A stretch of 64,000 bases of DNA, taken from Octopus vulgaris (lineage: Eukaryota). Shown piece after piece: positions 39,971 through 54,363 of this stretch; the stretch's first letter is position 1; each line of letters starts with the position of its first letter. Both the position numbers and the translations under genes were made by a program. Location of the stretch: NCBI GenBank assembly GCA_951406725.2, contig OX597836.1, positions 22,072,001 to 22,136,000 on the forward strand, written 5' to 3'. The notes below the pieces were generated by a model. The model made no database searches. It saw only the letters and a list, made by a program, of their open reading frames with translations, and had not been told where the DNA came from.

Positions 39971-39986
39971 ATATATATCTATATAC

Positions 39987-40019
<33 letters not shown>

Positions 40020-40028
40020 ACATATATC

Positions 40029-40087
<59 letters not shown>

Positions 40088-40183
40088 ATATATGTATACA
40101 CACACACATATATATATATATACATATACATACCTATATACAGATATATATATATGTGTATATATGTATATATATATATGTAT

Positions 40184-40240
<57 letters not shown>
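39790..40240. repeat. Compound (TA)n/(TG)n/(CA)n microsatellite; similar tracts 50220-51320 and 52015-52250
   Basis: Direct inspection. Confidence 0.97.
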
Positions 40241-40242
<2 letters not shown>

Positions 40243-40807
40243 TAGACACCCACACATTAAGCTAATGTTAGCATCTCTCAATAAGACCAACTAAATTCCA
40301 ATCAGTTATTGACCAATTATGACACAAACCAATCGCCCACAGACACCACCACCACCACTAACACCATGGCTACCATGATCCCCACTACCTGCACCACCAC
40401 CACCACCACTACCAAACCATTCCTAACCTATCACTGAAAACAAAAGCAAGTTGAACTAACAACTCTCATAATTATAAAGAAATGAATAATTCAACAAATA
40501 AGTGCAAGTATGGCTCATCAATTCATGACATCAATGGAGTCAAACCTGCCGTACTTTGCCATGAATCATTATAATTCCATTTTTAATTTTTTTTTTGTGT
40601 GTGTGTGTGTGTGTTAATATATATGTTATGTATGGCATGGCTGTGTAAAGACGCTTATTTCCCAACCATGTAATTTAGAATTCAGTCTGACTATGCAGCA
40701 TCTTGCACAAGTGTCTTCTACTACAGCTCCAGGCTAACCGAAGCCCTATGAGTGGATCTGGTAGATTGGAAACTGTTTGGAAGCCCAATATATTTATAAC
40801 ATATATA

Positions 40808-41303
40808 TACAAGGCTGAGTTTTAAAATCTTTCGGATTTTCACTAATGTGCTTTTGGTAACTTGTATCTCCATGTTCGGTTATTAATTTGATGCAACTTG
40901 TTGTCCAATCATTGTTCAATTCTTTATCCTCATAAGTAATATATAAACATTGTTTATTCTTTATTTTACAACCTTAATAATGTGTGGTGAAAAAGTTGCT
41001 ATTAGATTTGTTTAATACTACTGGTAGAAAAAAAAGGACCAAGTGCAAGGGCAGTGGTAAAGGGAATTAATGGTGTGGAAGGCCCAGGAACTATCAACAA
41101 AAATGTGGCACAAAACTGGTTCAGATGTTTTAAGGAAGGTGACACTAGCCTTAAAGACAAACCAAGGTCAGGAAGGCTCTTCTATTGTGGGAGATGAAGC
41201 GTTGCTTGAAATGATTGAACATCCAAGCACAAGCACTCATAAATTATTGGTAGAACTTGGTCCTTCACAAAGCACCAACAATCAATGCTTCCATAAGCTT
41301 GGC
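40808..41303 (+). mobile_element. Mariner transposase relic (N-terminal HTH region)
   Basis: GINGVEGPGTINKNVAQNWFRCFKEGDTSLKDKPRSGR..STSTHKLLVELGPSQST matches the mariner WF.RF..G..SL.D..RSGRP motif; stops and frameshifts present; begins TA-CAAGG. Confidence 0.85.
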
Positions 41304-41404
41304 TTTCTGAACGTTTTTTTAAAAATATTTAATAACGTTCTGTTTATCATTTATGCAGTCTTTGTAATTGTTATAATGTCTTGTTGTTGAGATAGGCTCT
41401 CTTT

Positions 41405-41487
41405 CTTTTCTGATGAGAAGACTGCATTTTACACCGTTTATTCTTTTGGAATAAAACCAATGTTGTCTTCGAAACATATGTCGAAAA
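41405..41487 (+). ncRNA. Type I hammerhead ribozyme motif (Penelope-like element remnant)
   Basis: TTTT-CTGATGA-GAAGAC...GTCTTC-GAAAC-ATAT-GTC-GAAA: complete core, 6-bp stem II, palindromic stem III (ACATATGT), GUC site with predicted cleavage after 41482. Confidence 0.85.
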
Positions 41488-41686
41488 TAAAAGAATTTGA
41501 ATAACATCTGCGTTCAACTCCATTTATTTACTTATACTACACAAATTACTGCACATTAACCCGGAGTTTCTACCTTTGAATAGGTCGCTTCATCCGTGTT
41601 ACTTGCGTGAATTTTGCTACCCTGGTAACTGTTTATTGAATTTTCCATGTTAACGGTAAACAAAGGATAATTCATTAATCCATTTA

Positions 41687-41723
<37 letters not shown>

Positions 41724-42567
41724 AGAGGTATACAACGACAGGCTTCTTTCAGTTTCTGTCTACAAATCCATTCCCTAGGCTTTTACCCGCCCAGTACTAT
41801 TGTAGAAGACACTTGCCCAAGGTGGGCACACACTGGGATTAAACCCAAAACCATGTGGTTTAAAAGAGAACTTCTTAACTACACAGCCATGTGAAAGAGC
41901 TTATGTCCCCATAACGTAGTGGTTCAGCAAAAATGATCAGAGTAAGTACCAGGCTTTAAAAAAAAAAGTACTCTTCAAGGCAATGCCCCAGTATGGCCAC
42001 AGTCCAATGACTGAGACAAGTGAAAGATAAAAGACAAACAATTAAAAAATTTTGACAGCTGAGCAACCTCGTCAAAGATTTTTGCAATTAAATTCTCTTT
42101 ATACGTATGCATACATTTGTATATCTGTATACACACACACACACACATCTGTATGTGTGATAATAAATGTAGAATGAAAAGTAAGACCATAACCAAACAT
42201 GTGACTAATATTAAAAAGACTAAATGGCACCAGCTATAAATATCTCTCCTACAGCATGAAAACAAATGGATAACTTATGAGGTTGAAATCTGAAGATACA
42301 GTGCATGCATGAATACATATGTATAAGCATACACACACACACACACACATACTCTTTTACTCTTTTACTTGTTTCAGTCATTTGACTGTGGCTATGCTGG
42401 AGCACCGCCTTTAGTCGAGCAAATTGACTCCAGGACTAATTCTTTGTAAGCCTAGTACTTATTCTTTCGGTATCTTTTCCCCGAACCGCTAAGTTACGGG
42501 GACGTAAACACACCAGCATCAGTTGTCAAGCGATGTTGGGGGGACAAACACAGACACACAAACGTAG

Positions 42568-42618
<51 letters not shown>

Positions 42619-44770
42619 CATATATACGACGGGTTTCTTTCAGCTTCCGTCTACCAAATCCACTCACAAGGCTTTGGTCGGCCTGAGGCTATTGTAGAAG
42701 ACACTTGCCCAAGGTGCCACACAGTGGAACTGAACCCGGAACCATGTGGTTGGTAAGCAAGCTACTTACCACACAGCCACTCCTATATTCATATATATTA
42801 ACACATACATACACATGTATACATGAATACATATACACATGCATGTATATGTTTGTGTGTGTACGTGTGCATATGTGTGTATCGTGAATGTGTGCAGACA
42901 CACACACACAAAAATGTGTATAGATATAGATATAAATATGGTTGTGTGGTTAAGGAGCTTGCTATGCGACCACATGGTTTCAGGTTCAGTCCCACTGCGC
43001 AGCACATTGGGCAAGAATCTTCAATTCAATGCCAGGAAGACTAGGAAGAAGAAGGCCTTCCATTATGGAAACAATTTGGTGCAGTAAAATCCAAAAGTAA
43101 GGTGCAAAGGCAGAGCTGAAAAAAGCAGAGGTCCAAGAGGAGAGAAGCAGAAAAGACAACCCAGGGTTGAGAGAACAGTACAGAAAAATTACTGATGACC
43201 AATGCTCCATAGGAATCAAAGGGCTTAAGTTCACATTTGTGTGGTCACCTCATATTGGAATACAATTACAACATTGGAAAATTGTAGCCTACTTCATTTC
43301 AATGCACAAACATCATCATCATCATTATCATTTAACCTCCAGTTTCCATGCTGGCATGGGTTAGAACTGGCAAAAGCTGGGATCACACTAGCTTTCATAG
43401 TCTGTTTTAGCTTGGTTTCTATGGTCAGACATCCTCTCTAATGCCAACCACTTTACAGAGTGTACTGGGTGCTTTTTTACATGGCATCATCACTAGTGCT
43501 TTTAACATGGCACCACCAACAGTGCTTTTTATATAGCACTATCACTAATGCTTTTTACATGGCACCAACACTAATGCTTTTTACGTGGCACTTTGGTTTT
43601 AGAATATCACATGTACTCACAAATGCACAAATATACACAATTTATTCAGATTTTTAAAGTTTGGCATAATAATATAATCTTTGAAAACAATCCATTCAGT
43701 CTTTTAGAGAAAACAGGTCTCTTAAGAATTCCGCTTCTGTTTTTTTTTTTTTCCTTCTCTTCCATTCTCACCCTCCTTAAAGAAATTGGCTGCTGTGGTT
43801 GTGGTGGTGGGATAGGGAGAGAGTGATTGAATGGAACAATTTCACTTTCAGAGAATTTGACAATCAAAATGTCAAGGACATTTCCTGACATTGTTGACTT
43901 CTAGTCAATTCATCCTACCACACCACAACTAACAGCTTAAAATGGATTCAACTGTTTTTCGATGAAATTGATACCAAGATTTATTAGAAATTAAAGAAAA
44001 TTCAGAATATAAGAATACCAGACATAGATATACACGATACATACACATGTTCATTAAACATACATATGTGTGATAAGAAGTTTGCTTCCCAACCACATTG
44101 TTCCGGGTTCAGTCCCACTGTGTAGCACCTTGGGCAAGTGTCTTCTACTATTGCCTTGGGCCAACCAAAGCTTTGTGAGTGGATTTGGTAGATGGAAACT
44201 AGAAGTCCATCATGGGAAAATATGTATATGCATGTGTGTATATGTGTCTTTGTATCTGTGTTTGTCCCACTACTTGACAAGTTTTGGTGTGTTTACATCC
44301 CTGTAACTTAGCAGTTTATCGACAGAGATCAATAGAATAAGTAGCAGACTTTAAAAAAGATCATACTGGGGTCGATTCATTTGACTAAATATTCATCAAG
44401 GCAGTGCCCCAGCATGGTCACAATCTAATGACCGAAACTAGTAAAAGATGAAAGATATATTTTTTTATTAATATTTAGCATAAGCAACAGTGACTCAGGG
44501 GCCGAGAAGTTTATGTGTTACAAATCAATGTGTTGTAAATATATACACTGGTGATATTGGCATTTCCCTGGAGAGTTCTGGAACAAATGAAAACTTATAA
44601 TTTGTTCCAGAGCTATCTAGGGAAATACCATTATCACTGGTATATGAATTTTTAATTCCCTTGATTTGTGACTAGTTTGGTAAGTGGTAATCTAAATATA
44701 TGTCTTGAGTTCCAGTTTTCCTGTTGACATTATTAAATCTCTCTCTCTATATATATATATATATAAATGT

Positions 44771-45064
44771 AAGAGGGATGACCACTACGTGGACATCCAT
44801 TATGCTAGAAGTAGATCCGCCATGGTCTTACCACTAAGAAAGGAATGTTCTCAAGAAAATTTAGCAAAAAAAAAAAACTTGCATAAGTGTTAAAAGTGAA
44901 ACTAGTTTATGATTAATCTATATTTTGTTTCTTTTCATTTGTCTTACTTGCTTACGTTCTGGCGTTTGCTAAATTTTCTTGAGAACATTCCTTTCTTAGT
45001 GGTAAGACCATAGTGGATTTACTTCTAGCATAATGGATGTCCATGTAGTGGTCATCCTTCTTCT
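44771..45064. repeat. Foldback element with about 95-bp inverted arms beside (TA)n
   Basis: ggatgaccactacgtggacatccattatgctagaagta...aaaatttagcaaa vs tttgctaaattttc...ggatgtccatgtagtggtcatcc. Confidence 0.88.
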
Positions 45065-45246
45065 ATGTATGTAATATAATTTTTCTGAATCTTCAGATTT
45101 TAATATGCTAGACCACTGGTTTTAAATTGATATTAATCAAATTAATATTCAATTTTTCACCCTTATTATTTTATATATATATATGATGTAAACACACCAG
45201 CATTGGTTGTCAAGCAATGTTGCGGGGGACAAACACAGACACACAA

Positions 45247-45277
<31 letters not shown>

Positions 45278-46663
45278 TATGACGGGCTTCTTTCAGTTTT
45301 CCGTCTACCAAATCCACTCACAAGGCTTTGGTCGGTCCGAGGCTATAGTAGAAGACACTTGCCCAAGGTGCCACACAGTGGGACTGAACCCAGAACCATG
45401 TGGCTGGTACGCAAGCTACTTACCACGCAGCCACTCCTGCGCCTATAATATATTTACATATATATAAATATACAAATATATATGACGGACTCTCCTGTCA
45501 AAGATGAGACATAAGCGTTCAGCTTTTGTCAAATGACCTGCACAAATGATTTGTTTATAGTGATTAAATGTATGTGCTGCACATCAGCTCATTCCCTTCA
45601 TCAGATAAGCATTGCCTGAACAGGTACACGGTGTAGAGCAACATAGGATGAAGTGTTTTGCTCAAGAACACAACTAACCACCTGGTCTAGGAACTGAAGC
45701 CATAATCGTGAGTGCAACAGCCTAACCACTAGGCCATATGTGTATGTACATGTGTCGGTATTGTTTTTTTGTTTTTTTTTGTGTTTTCCTGTTTGGATTA
45801 ACTTTAACTATATATATATATATTAGAAAAGGAAAATGGAATTCACGAGATTCTTACTTAATCACTATGACTGTTTCAACCCATCATGTATCAGTTCCTA
45901 ATGGGTGGGATTCTGTACAAATAACTGTAGTATATCATTCGGTGAAGATGTCTTGTCAGGTAACTTGTCAGAGGATAACTCATTCTTCAAGCCTTTAGCA
46001 TTTAAAGCTGCCACATCCAGCCTAAATATTCTGTTTTATGCTCAAACTGACCAGATCTGGCTTCTCACACCTGTCCTACAATTTCGTTCTAAAAATATAC
46101 GACCACGTCATTGAAATCTCAAAGCTACAATGCATGATTGTATTATTAATTCAATGCGTGATTAATTCAAAACATGATTAATTCAAAACAACATGACTGA
46201 TAAAGCATTACATTTGACAGAATGATTTGAATGTTTAAGGGTTAATCTCCGTCTCGCTTCTTTCAATTAGAATACATTTTGGTATTTGCCTGTAGCTGGT
46301 GGCATACAGGAGAAGCATGATTTAGAATGAAGAACAGTTCTCTTATAGATAATATGCTTATATATATATGTGTGTGTGTTTGTGTGTGTGTGTATGTATG
46401 TGTGTATACGCACACACACACACGTACACAAACATATATGCAAAAATGCATACAGACATTATATCCATCAAACACGCATAATTTAAAAAACATACATCCA
46501 TCCATGCATATATACATACGTATCTATATACATATATAATTACATAGATATTATATACATAAACACATATATATAACATGTATACATATATTCATATCTA
46601 TATAGATACATATTTATATTGATACATACATGTGAGTGTGTGTGTGTACATATATATATAGAC

Positions 46664-46702
<39 letters not shown>

Positions 46703-48299
46703 GACATACACATTCATAATGCTACATATGATACATGCATACAGACTTACACACAAACTACTTACAAGTTAATATAAATGTGTTATATCTTCAAATTTAT
46801 AGCAAAACAAAAAAAAAAAGAGGAAAAAGAAAAAAAAATGGGAAAAAAATAAAGATTAAAAAGAAAGCAAAAAAGATTTCTTCAGATATTTGCAAGACAG
46901 AAATGGTAGATATTAACAAATTGTATTTATAGGTGAAGGGTACTTAATAAAATATAAGTCTTTCCATTGAATAAAAGATAACCATTATAGTAGAAATTTT
47001 GCAAGAAGTTTCTAGGTCTAAAAACTTATTGAATGAACTTTTTCCATGAAATAGAAATTTTTTCAATGAAGAAAGAAATTCTGAAAAAGCATTTTAAAAA
47101 AGTAGTTCTTCTATATTTTAATAACTGCTTTTACAAAGATTATGATATATTCTTAAACTATGTCCTAATAAAACTCTTGGTTATCAGATAGACATCACCA
47201 TTTAATGTATCTTCCATGCTGGCATGGGTTGGACAGTTTGACAGAATCTGATTAGTTGTATGTATAGTGCTCCAATATCTGCTTTGGAACGGCTCCTACA
47301 GGATGCCTTCTTAGCAGAAAGCACAGAGCACCAGCACTGTTAAGTTTACCTATTTCTTTACTACCCACAAGGGGCTAAACACAGAGGGGACAAACAAGGA
47401 GAGACAAACGGATTAAGTCGATTATATCAACCCCAGTGCGTAACTGGTACTTATTTAATCGACCCCGAAAGCGTGAAGGGCAAAGTCGACCTCGGCGGAA
47501 TTTGAACTCGGAATGTAACGGCAGACAAAATACCGCTAAGCATTTCGCCCGGCGTGCTAACGTTTGTGCCATAACTCACAAGACTAAAGAGCCCTCTCAA
47601 CTGAGTGGGAGTGTAGTAAAGAGGGAGGTAGCTTGATGGTAGGTGTTGAGAGAAATAAGGAATAAGAACAGGTTTCTTGCCATAGAGGAGATACAAGGCT
47701 ACCTTGGATTACATAAGGGTAGGTGAGAGCAGATAAAGAGAGATAAAGAAGGTGTTGATGAGGTGTCAGAATGTGCCCTCAATGTACAAGAAGGTGAACA
47801 GAAGATTGGTGTGAATGGAAAGGCAGAATGTGGATAGTTTTGCAAGAGCATATGAGGAGAGGGAAAAATATCTGGTAGTATAGAAAGAGTGATCAATGTA
47901 AAATGTGAGGGGAGAAGAATGATGTTAAGAATGAAAGATACACACACACACACACAGAGCAAGATATGAGTATATAAGCAGTGTAAAACTGGAATCAAAT
48001 ATTTAGATTTGATGAAGGGCTCTTCATGACATGCCAAAAAATAGTCCAACTAGAAAGGTTGGGCTTTTTTAAAATCTTTTCTTTTGGACAAACAATTTTA
48101 TTCCACTTATAAAGTATGTTGTTCTCTAGCCCCAGGTCAAGCAGATCTAGGATCAAAGCATTCAAGTTGCAACCACCCTATCTTTTTAGATATTTGGGAC
48201 TGTAATTTCCAATGTCTTTTTATAGAGATTTGGCTGCTGTTTTTTGCATGTGGAACAAGCATGCACAGGTCTCTTCATTAGTGCAGTGTATGTATGTAT

Positions 48300-48331
<32 letters not shown>

Positions 48332-50263
48332 AGTACACATGTATGTTTATATGAATGTAGAAAGGTATGTTTCTCTGTATGCCACTGTCTACACATGTCT
48401 GTATGTACACCTGTACGTGTACATCACCAAGTTTGTTTATTTGTCTATGCATGTATATGTCACTATGTACATACATATGCAACCGTGTGCACAGATGTTT
48501 ATAGGTAAATAAATACATTTGTAGATATGTAAACAGGAAAACTCTATGCTTGAACAAAAGCATAAATAAAACAAAACAACAAACATAAATGTTATATTTC
48601 AAGAATTAATTATTTTTAAAGAATGTCCAAGAATTCTTCATTTTCTTTCAATTTCTTTAACTTGCTTCAATTACTGAACTGTGACCAAGCTGGGGCATTA
48701 CCTTGAAGGATTTTTAGTCAAACAAGTTAACCTTAGAATGTAAAAGCTGGACAAAATACCACCAAACATTTAGTTTGGCATGCTAATGACTTTTGTCAGC
48801 TTGCTGCCTTACCTATAATATTAATAATCCTTTCCATTATTGGCACGAGGTCTGAAATTTTGGAAGAAGGAGCCAGTCAATTTCATCGAGCCCCAGTGCT
48901 CAACAGGTATTTATTTTATTGTCCGAGGTCGACTTTGCCTTTCATCCTTTCGGGGTCGATAAATTAAGTACCAGTTACGTACTGGGGTCGATGTAATCGA
49001 CTTAATACCTATGTCTGTCCTTGTTTGTCCCCTCTATGTTTAGCCCCTTGTGGGTAATAAAGAAATAGGTATTTATTTTATTGACCTCCAAAACAACAAA
49101 AGGTAAAGTTAACTTTGGTGGAATTTGAACTCAGAACATAAAGACAGATAAAATGCTCAGTGTGCTAATGATTCTGCCAGCTCATAGCCTTGTGATGATG
49201 ATGATGATGATGGTGATGGTGGTGATGGTGATGATGATGATGATGATATTTCTACAAAAGCAGAAGGCCTAAAACTTTGTTGGGAGGGAGCTAATCAATT
49301 ACATCACCCCTAGTACATAACTGGTACTTATTTTATCAACTCCAAAAGAATGAAAGGTAAAGTTCACCTCGGTGGAATTTGAACTGAGAACATAAAGCAC
49401 CAGAAGGACTACCGCTAAGCATTTGATCTGACGTGCAAACAATTTTGCCACCTCACTGACATAGAATAATAGTAGTAATAACAATCCTCTCTACTAAAGG
49501 CACAAGGTCTGAAATTTGGGGGAAGGTGGTTTTTCGATTATATTGACCACAATATGTAACTGGTACTTTATTCTGTCAATTCTGAAAAGATGACCTGCAA
49601 AGTCAACTGCACAGGAATTTGAACTCAAAACATAAGGATAGATAAAATGCCATAAGCATGGTGTGCTAATGATTCTGCCAGCTTGCTGCCTGATAATAAA
49701 GATTTCTTTTATTTGCCACTTGAGTGACAAATTTAGGGAATAATATACAGAGATATAAAGTGTAGGGAGTTACATAGAATGGAATGACTTGGTAATGGTA
49801 GTAGTAGTAGTAATAATAATGCCGACTACAATTTAGTTTTATTTCTCATCTAAAGTGGAAAGGAAGTTGTGTATATAAAGATGTTGCCATTTGGTGGAAG
49901 AATAAACAAGAATTGCTTATTTCGTCATTTCCTGTAGAGCTGGAGAAGAACTCGAAATACCAAAACACGTGGCACTAGAGGACGGGTGACGTTTTCATTT
50001 ACACGTACACAAAAATATGGAATCAAGGCAAAAAAAAAATGTCTGCAGAGAATTTATATATATTTATTACTAAAGAAATAAAAGCCAAAGCCATAATTTG
50101 AAGAAATTCTCTGCAGACTTTTTATATATGTATATATGTATATTTCTTCCTTTTTATTTTTTTTGCAAGGATGGGGTTTAAAAAACCAGGGTGTTATCTA
50201 CGAAGAATACACCCATCCAGAGTGTGTGTGTGTGTGTGTGTATGTATAGAGATAGATAGATAG

Positions 50264-50308
<45 letters not shown>

Positions 50309-50669
50309 AACATATATATACATATATATATAAACACACACATATATACATGTATGTATATATGTGTACATGTATATATGTGTACATGTACATATATATA
50401 TATATGCATATATATATATACATATATATATGCATATATATATATATATGCATATATACACACACATATATATATAGATATACATACATATAAATGTATA
50501 TATATACACACACATATATATGCATATATATATACATATGTATACATAAATATATACTTATATATGCCTATATATGTATATATATATATATACATATATA
50601 AATATATATATATAAATAAATATACACACACACATATATATACATAAATATATATATATATATATATAT

Positions 50670-50796
50670 CATCATCATCATTTAGCGTCCGCTTTCCATG
50701 CTAGCATGGGTTGGACGGGTCAACTGGGGTCTGTGAAGCTCCAGTTGACCCGTCCAACCCATGCTAGCATGGAAAGCGGACGCTAAATGATGATGA

Positions 50797-50800
<4 letters not shown>
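50670..50800. repeat. Perfect hairpin of two inverted retroelement 3' ends
   Basis: (cat)n-ttagcgtccgctttccatgctagcatgggttggacgggtcaactgg / exact reverse complement-(gat)n with about 13-nt spacer. Confidence 0.93.
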
Positions 50801-50847
<47 letters not shown>

Positions 50848-50871
50848 TATATAGACAAACCTAATACATGT

Positions 50872-50918
<47 letters not shown>

Positions 50919-51097
50919 TATATATGCATTTACATATATATATATATATATACATATACATCATCATCATGACTTAATGTCATCTTTTCATGTTGGCATG
51001 GGTTGGATGGTATATATACATATATACACATATAAATATATATACATTCATACATATATATACACATATATATGTTTACATATACATATACACACAA

Positions 51098-51136
<39 letters not shown>

Positions 51137-51259
51137 TATATTTACACAAATACACACATATATAAGTGTATACACACACTCACACATACATATCAAGAAT
51201 GCGTCCCTGCATTATTTTTTTTCTTGTGTTTTTATCATGTTTTTTTTAGGGGGGGGGAT

Positions 51260-51321
<62 letters not shown>

Positions 51322-52015
51322 CTATATATATTCTCTTGTCGCGGGGGAGGGGCTAACAAACACACACACACGATGGGCTTCTTTCATTTTCTGTCTACCA
51401 AATCCACTGACAAGGCTTTAGTTGACCCAGAGCTATAGTTTAAGATGCCTACCGAAGGTGCCATGCAGTGGGACTGAACCCAGAACCATGTGGTTAGGAA
51501 GCAAGTTTCTTACCACACAGCTACACATGTATATGATATTAAAAATGTACAAAAGCAGTTCTTCCTTACATAGCAATAAAGAACCACTTTCGTTAAACGA
51601 TTTTTATAACCTTTTAATTCTTGGTTCTTTAAAGCAATAAGTTTTTAAGAGAACCTAAAAATACACACACACACACACATAATGCATGACTACCCATGCA
51701 TGTCTCCCTCCCGACAATATTTCTTCATAACTTCCAGAAAAAAATGGATAGTTTTTCAATGGAATTTTCTACAAATACGTTTCTGATGCTTTAGATTTTG
51801 ATTAAATCGGTATTTGTTCAGAAAATACTTTTCCAAGGGTAGGGAGAGGAATTTGTGAAAATTCACAAGAGTCAGATTTGCTTCCTCATAATTTTCAGAA
51901 AAACACGTAATTTTTTCAAAATGAAATCTTCTACAAATACGCTTTTGATGATATAGATTACGATTATTTCAGAATTTAATGCGAAAAAAAGAATTAGTGA
52001 GCTTAATGACACAAG

Positions 52016-52254
<239 letters not shown>

Positions 52255-52596
52255 GCAGCGAGCTGGCAGAACCTTTAGCGTGCCGGACAAAATGTATAGT
52301 GATATTTCGTCTGTCTCTACAGTCTAAGTTGAAATTTCGAAATAAAATTGTAATGCATGTTAGTATGTGTATGTAAGCCCAACAATTTGATTTTTTACAT
52401 TAAATTCCGCAATAAACGGAATCTACATAATCTGAAGCGTATTTGTAAAAAGTTTCATGTAAAAATAACTATTTTTCAGGGCGTTGTAAGGAGACAAAGT
52501 CAAGAGGGGCACACATGTGTAGGTATACCATACACACACACACGTGTATACATATACATAAAATCGCCCTCGACTTCTACAAGGAAAACTTTTATG

Positions 52597-52627
<31 letters not shown>

Positions 52628-53551
52628 CTGTGTTTGTCTCCCCAACATTGCTTGACAACCGATGCTGGTGCGTTTACGTCCCCGTAACTTAGCGGTTCGG
52701 CAAAAGGAACCCAATAGAATAAGTACTAAGGCTTACAAAGAATAAGTCCTGGGGTCGATTTGCTCGACTAAAGGCGGTGCTCCAGCATGGCCACAGTCAA
52801 CTGACTGAAACAAGTAAAAGAGAGAGAGAGAGAGAGAGAGAGTATCTGCGAAGTTTTGGCTTGCTTGCTTTTTCTTCAGGCAAGTCCGATGAAAAAAGAA
52901 CAAACCGAAACTTGTACAAGTTTAATGAATATGTCACTCTTCTAAAACTGTTATAAATAACTTGACATAAAAGCATATATATATATATATTATATACACA
53001 CACACACACACATGCACATACATGCACATATACATCCATATATACATTTTGTGTGTATGTGTGTGATAATGGTTAGTGTAGGTGAGTAATTTCTAGAATG
53101 CCTGCTGAGGAAATAAGACAGGAACAAGCCTGGTTGGCGTACGTGACTGAATTGAGAAGAAATTCGGTTCAGTTTTTATTTATTTATTTATCCAGTCTTT
53201 ATTTTGCCTAGGTAAGCAAAACCCATGTTGACGTTAGTGAAACCTAACATATTAAGCACTGAAAGAGAATATGGGCGACTGCATTTTGCATTATTCTTAG
53301 GCTCGAGTTCGCCCAGGACTCGCAGATAAATGATGGTCAAATTTAGTTTATCTCTCTCTCTCTCTATATATATATATATACCCGTTTGTTTATTTTTCTT
53401 CATTTAAACGTCGTGTCTAGCACATTGTCTAACGCAGTAGTGGTTCTCAACCATTGTACATAGAAGATTTTATTGTTACAATTTATGTGCAATAAACTGG
53501 TTGTATTTCTACAATCCACAACATATCTAAACATTTTATTTTATAAAATTC

Positions 53552-54260
53552 TTGGCGATCTTTCGTCTCTAGTAGACCTTTCCGTCGATTTCCGTAAATT
53601 TTTTTTTTTTTTTACATATGGGCTTGCGGGAACTTTTGAAGTAATATACATACATATACACATACACCGAGTAAAAAATTTAAGTTATCTCTTTCTTTCA
53701 CACATTACTCTGTCTCTTCACACACACACACACATGTACATCAATGCTTCACATGCACGGTAACTTCAAAAGAACTTCCCTCGTCATACAATCGCTTTCT
53801 CTTAGTCTCTTTCGCTCTCATTACTTCAAAAGTTCCCGCAAGCCCATATGTAAAAAAAAAAAATTTTTTTTTACGGAAATCGACGGAAAGGTCTACTAGA
53901 GACGAAAGATTGCCAAATGGCGAAGTTTCGCATGTCGTAGCGCAGATTTCCGTCGATTTCCGTAAAAAAACTTTTATTTTTTTACATAAGTAATGAGAGC
54001 GAAAGAGACTAAGAGGAAGCGATTTTATGACGAGAAGGTTTCACTTTGAAATCGGCCTGTGTGTGTTTGGTGGGGTGTGGGAGACAGACAGTATGTTGTG
54101 TAAGTGAAGTGCTTCTGTTAGTGTGTGCGAAGAGACAGAGAGAGTAATGTGTGAAAGAGAGAGATAACTGATTTTTTACTCGGTGTATGTGTATATGTAT
54201 GTATGCATGTATCTATGTATGTGTGTGTGTGTAAGTATGTGTGTGTGTATGTATGTATGG
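53552..54260. mobile_element. Complex element with two interleaved inverted repeats
   Basis: Arm A 53552-53645 is inverted at 53820-53916; segment B 53645-53822 is inverted at 53990-54205; ends in (GTAT/GT)n. Confidence 0.75.
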
Positions 54261-54332
54261 TCGATTCAGTGTAATTTTTTACTCGGTGTATGTGTATATG
54301 TCTGCATGTATGTGTGTGTGTGTATGTATCTA

Positions 54333-54363
<31 letters not shown>

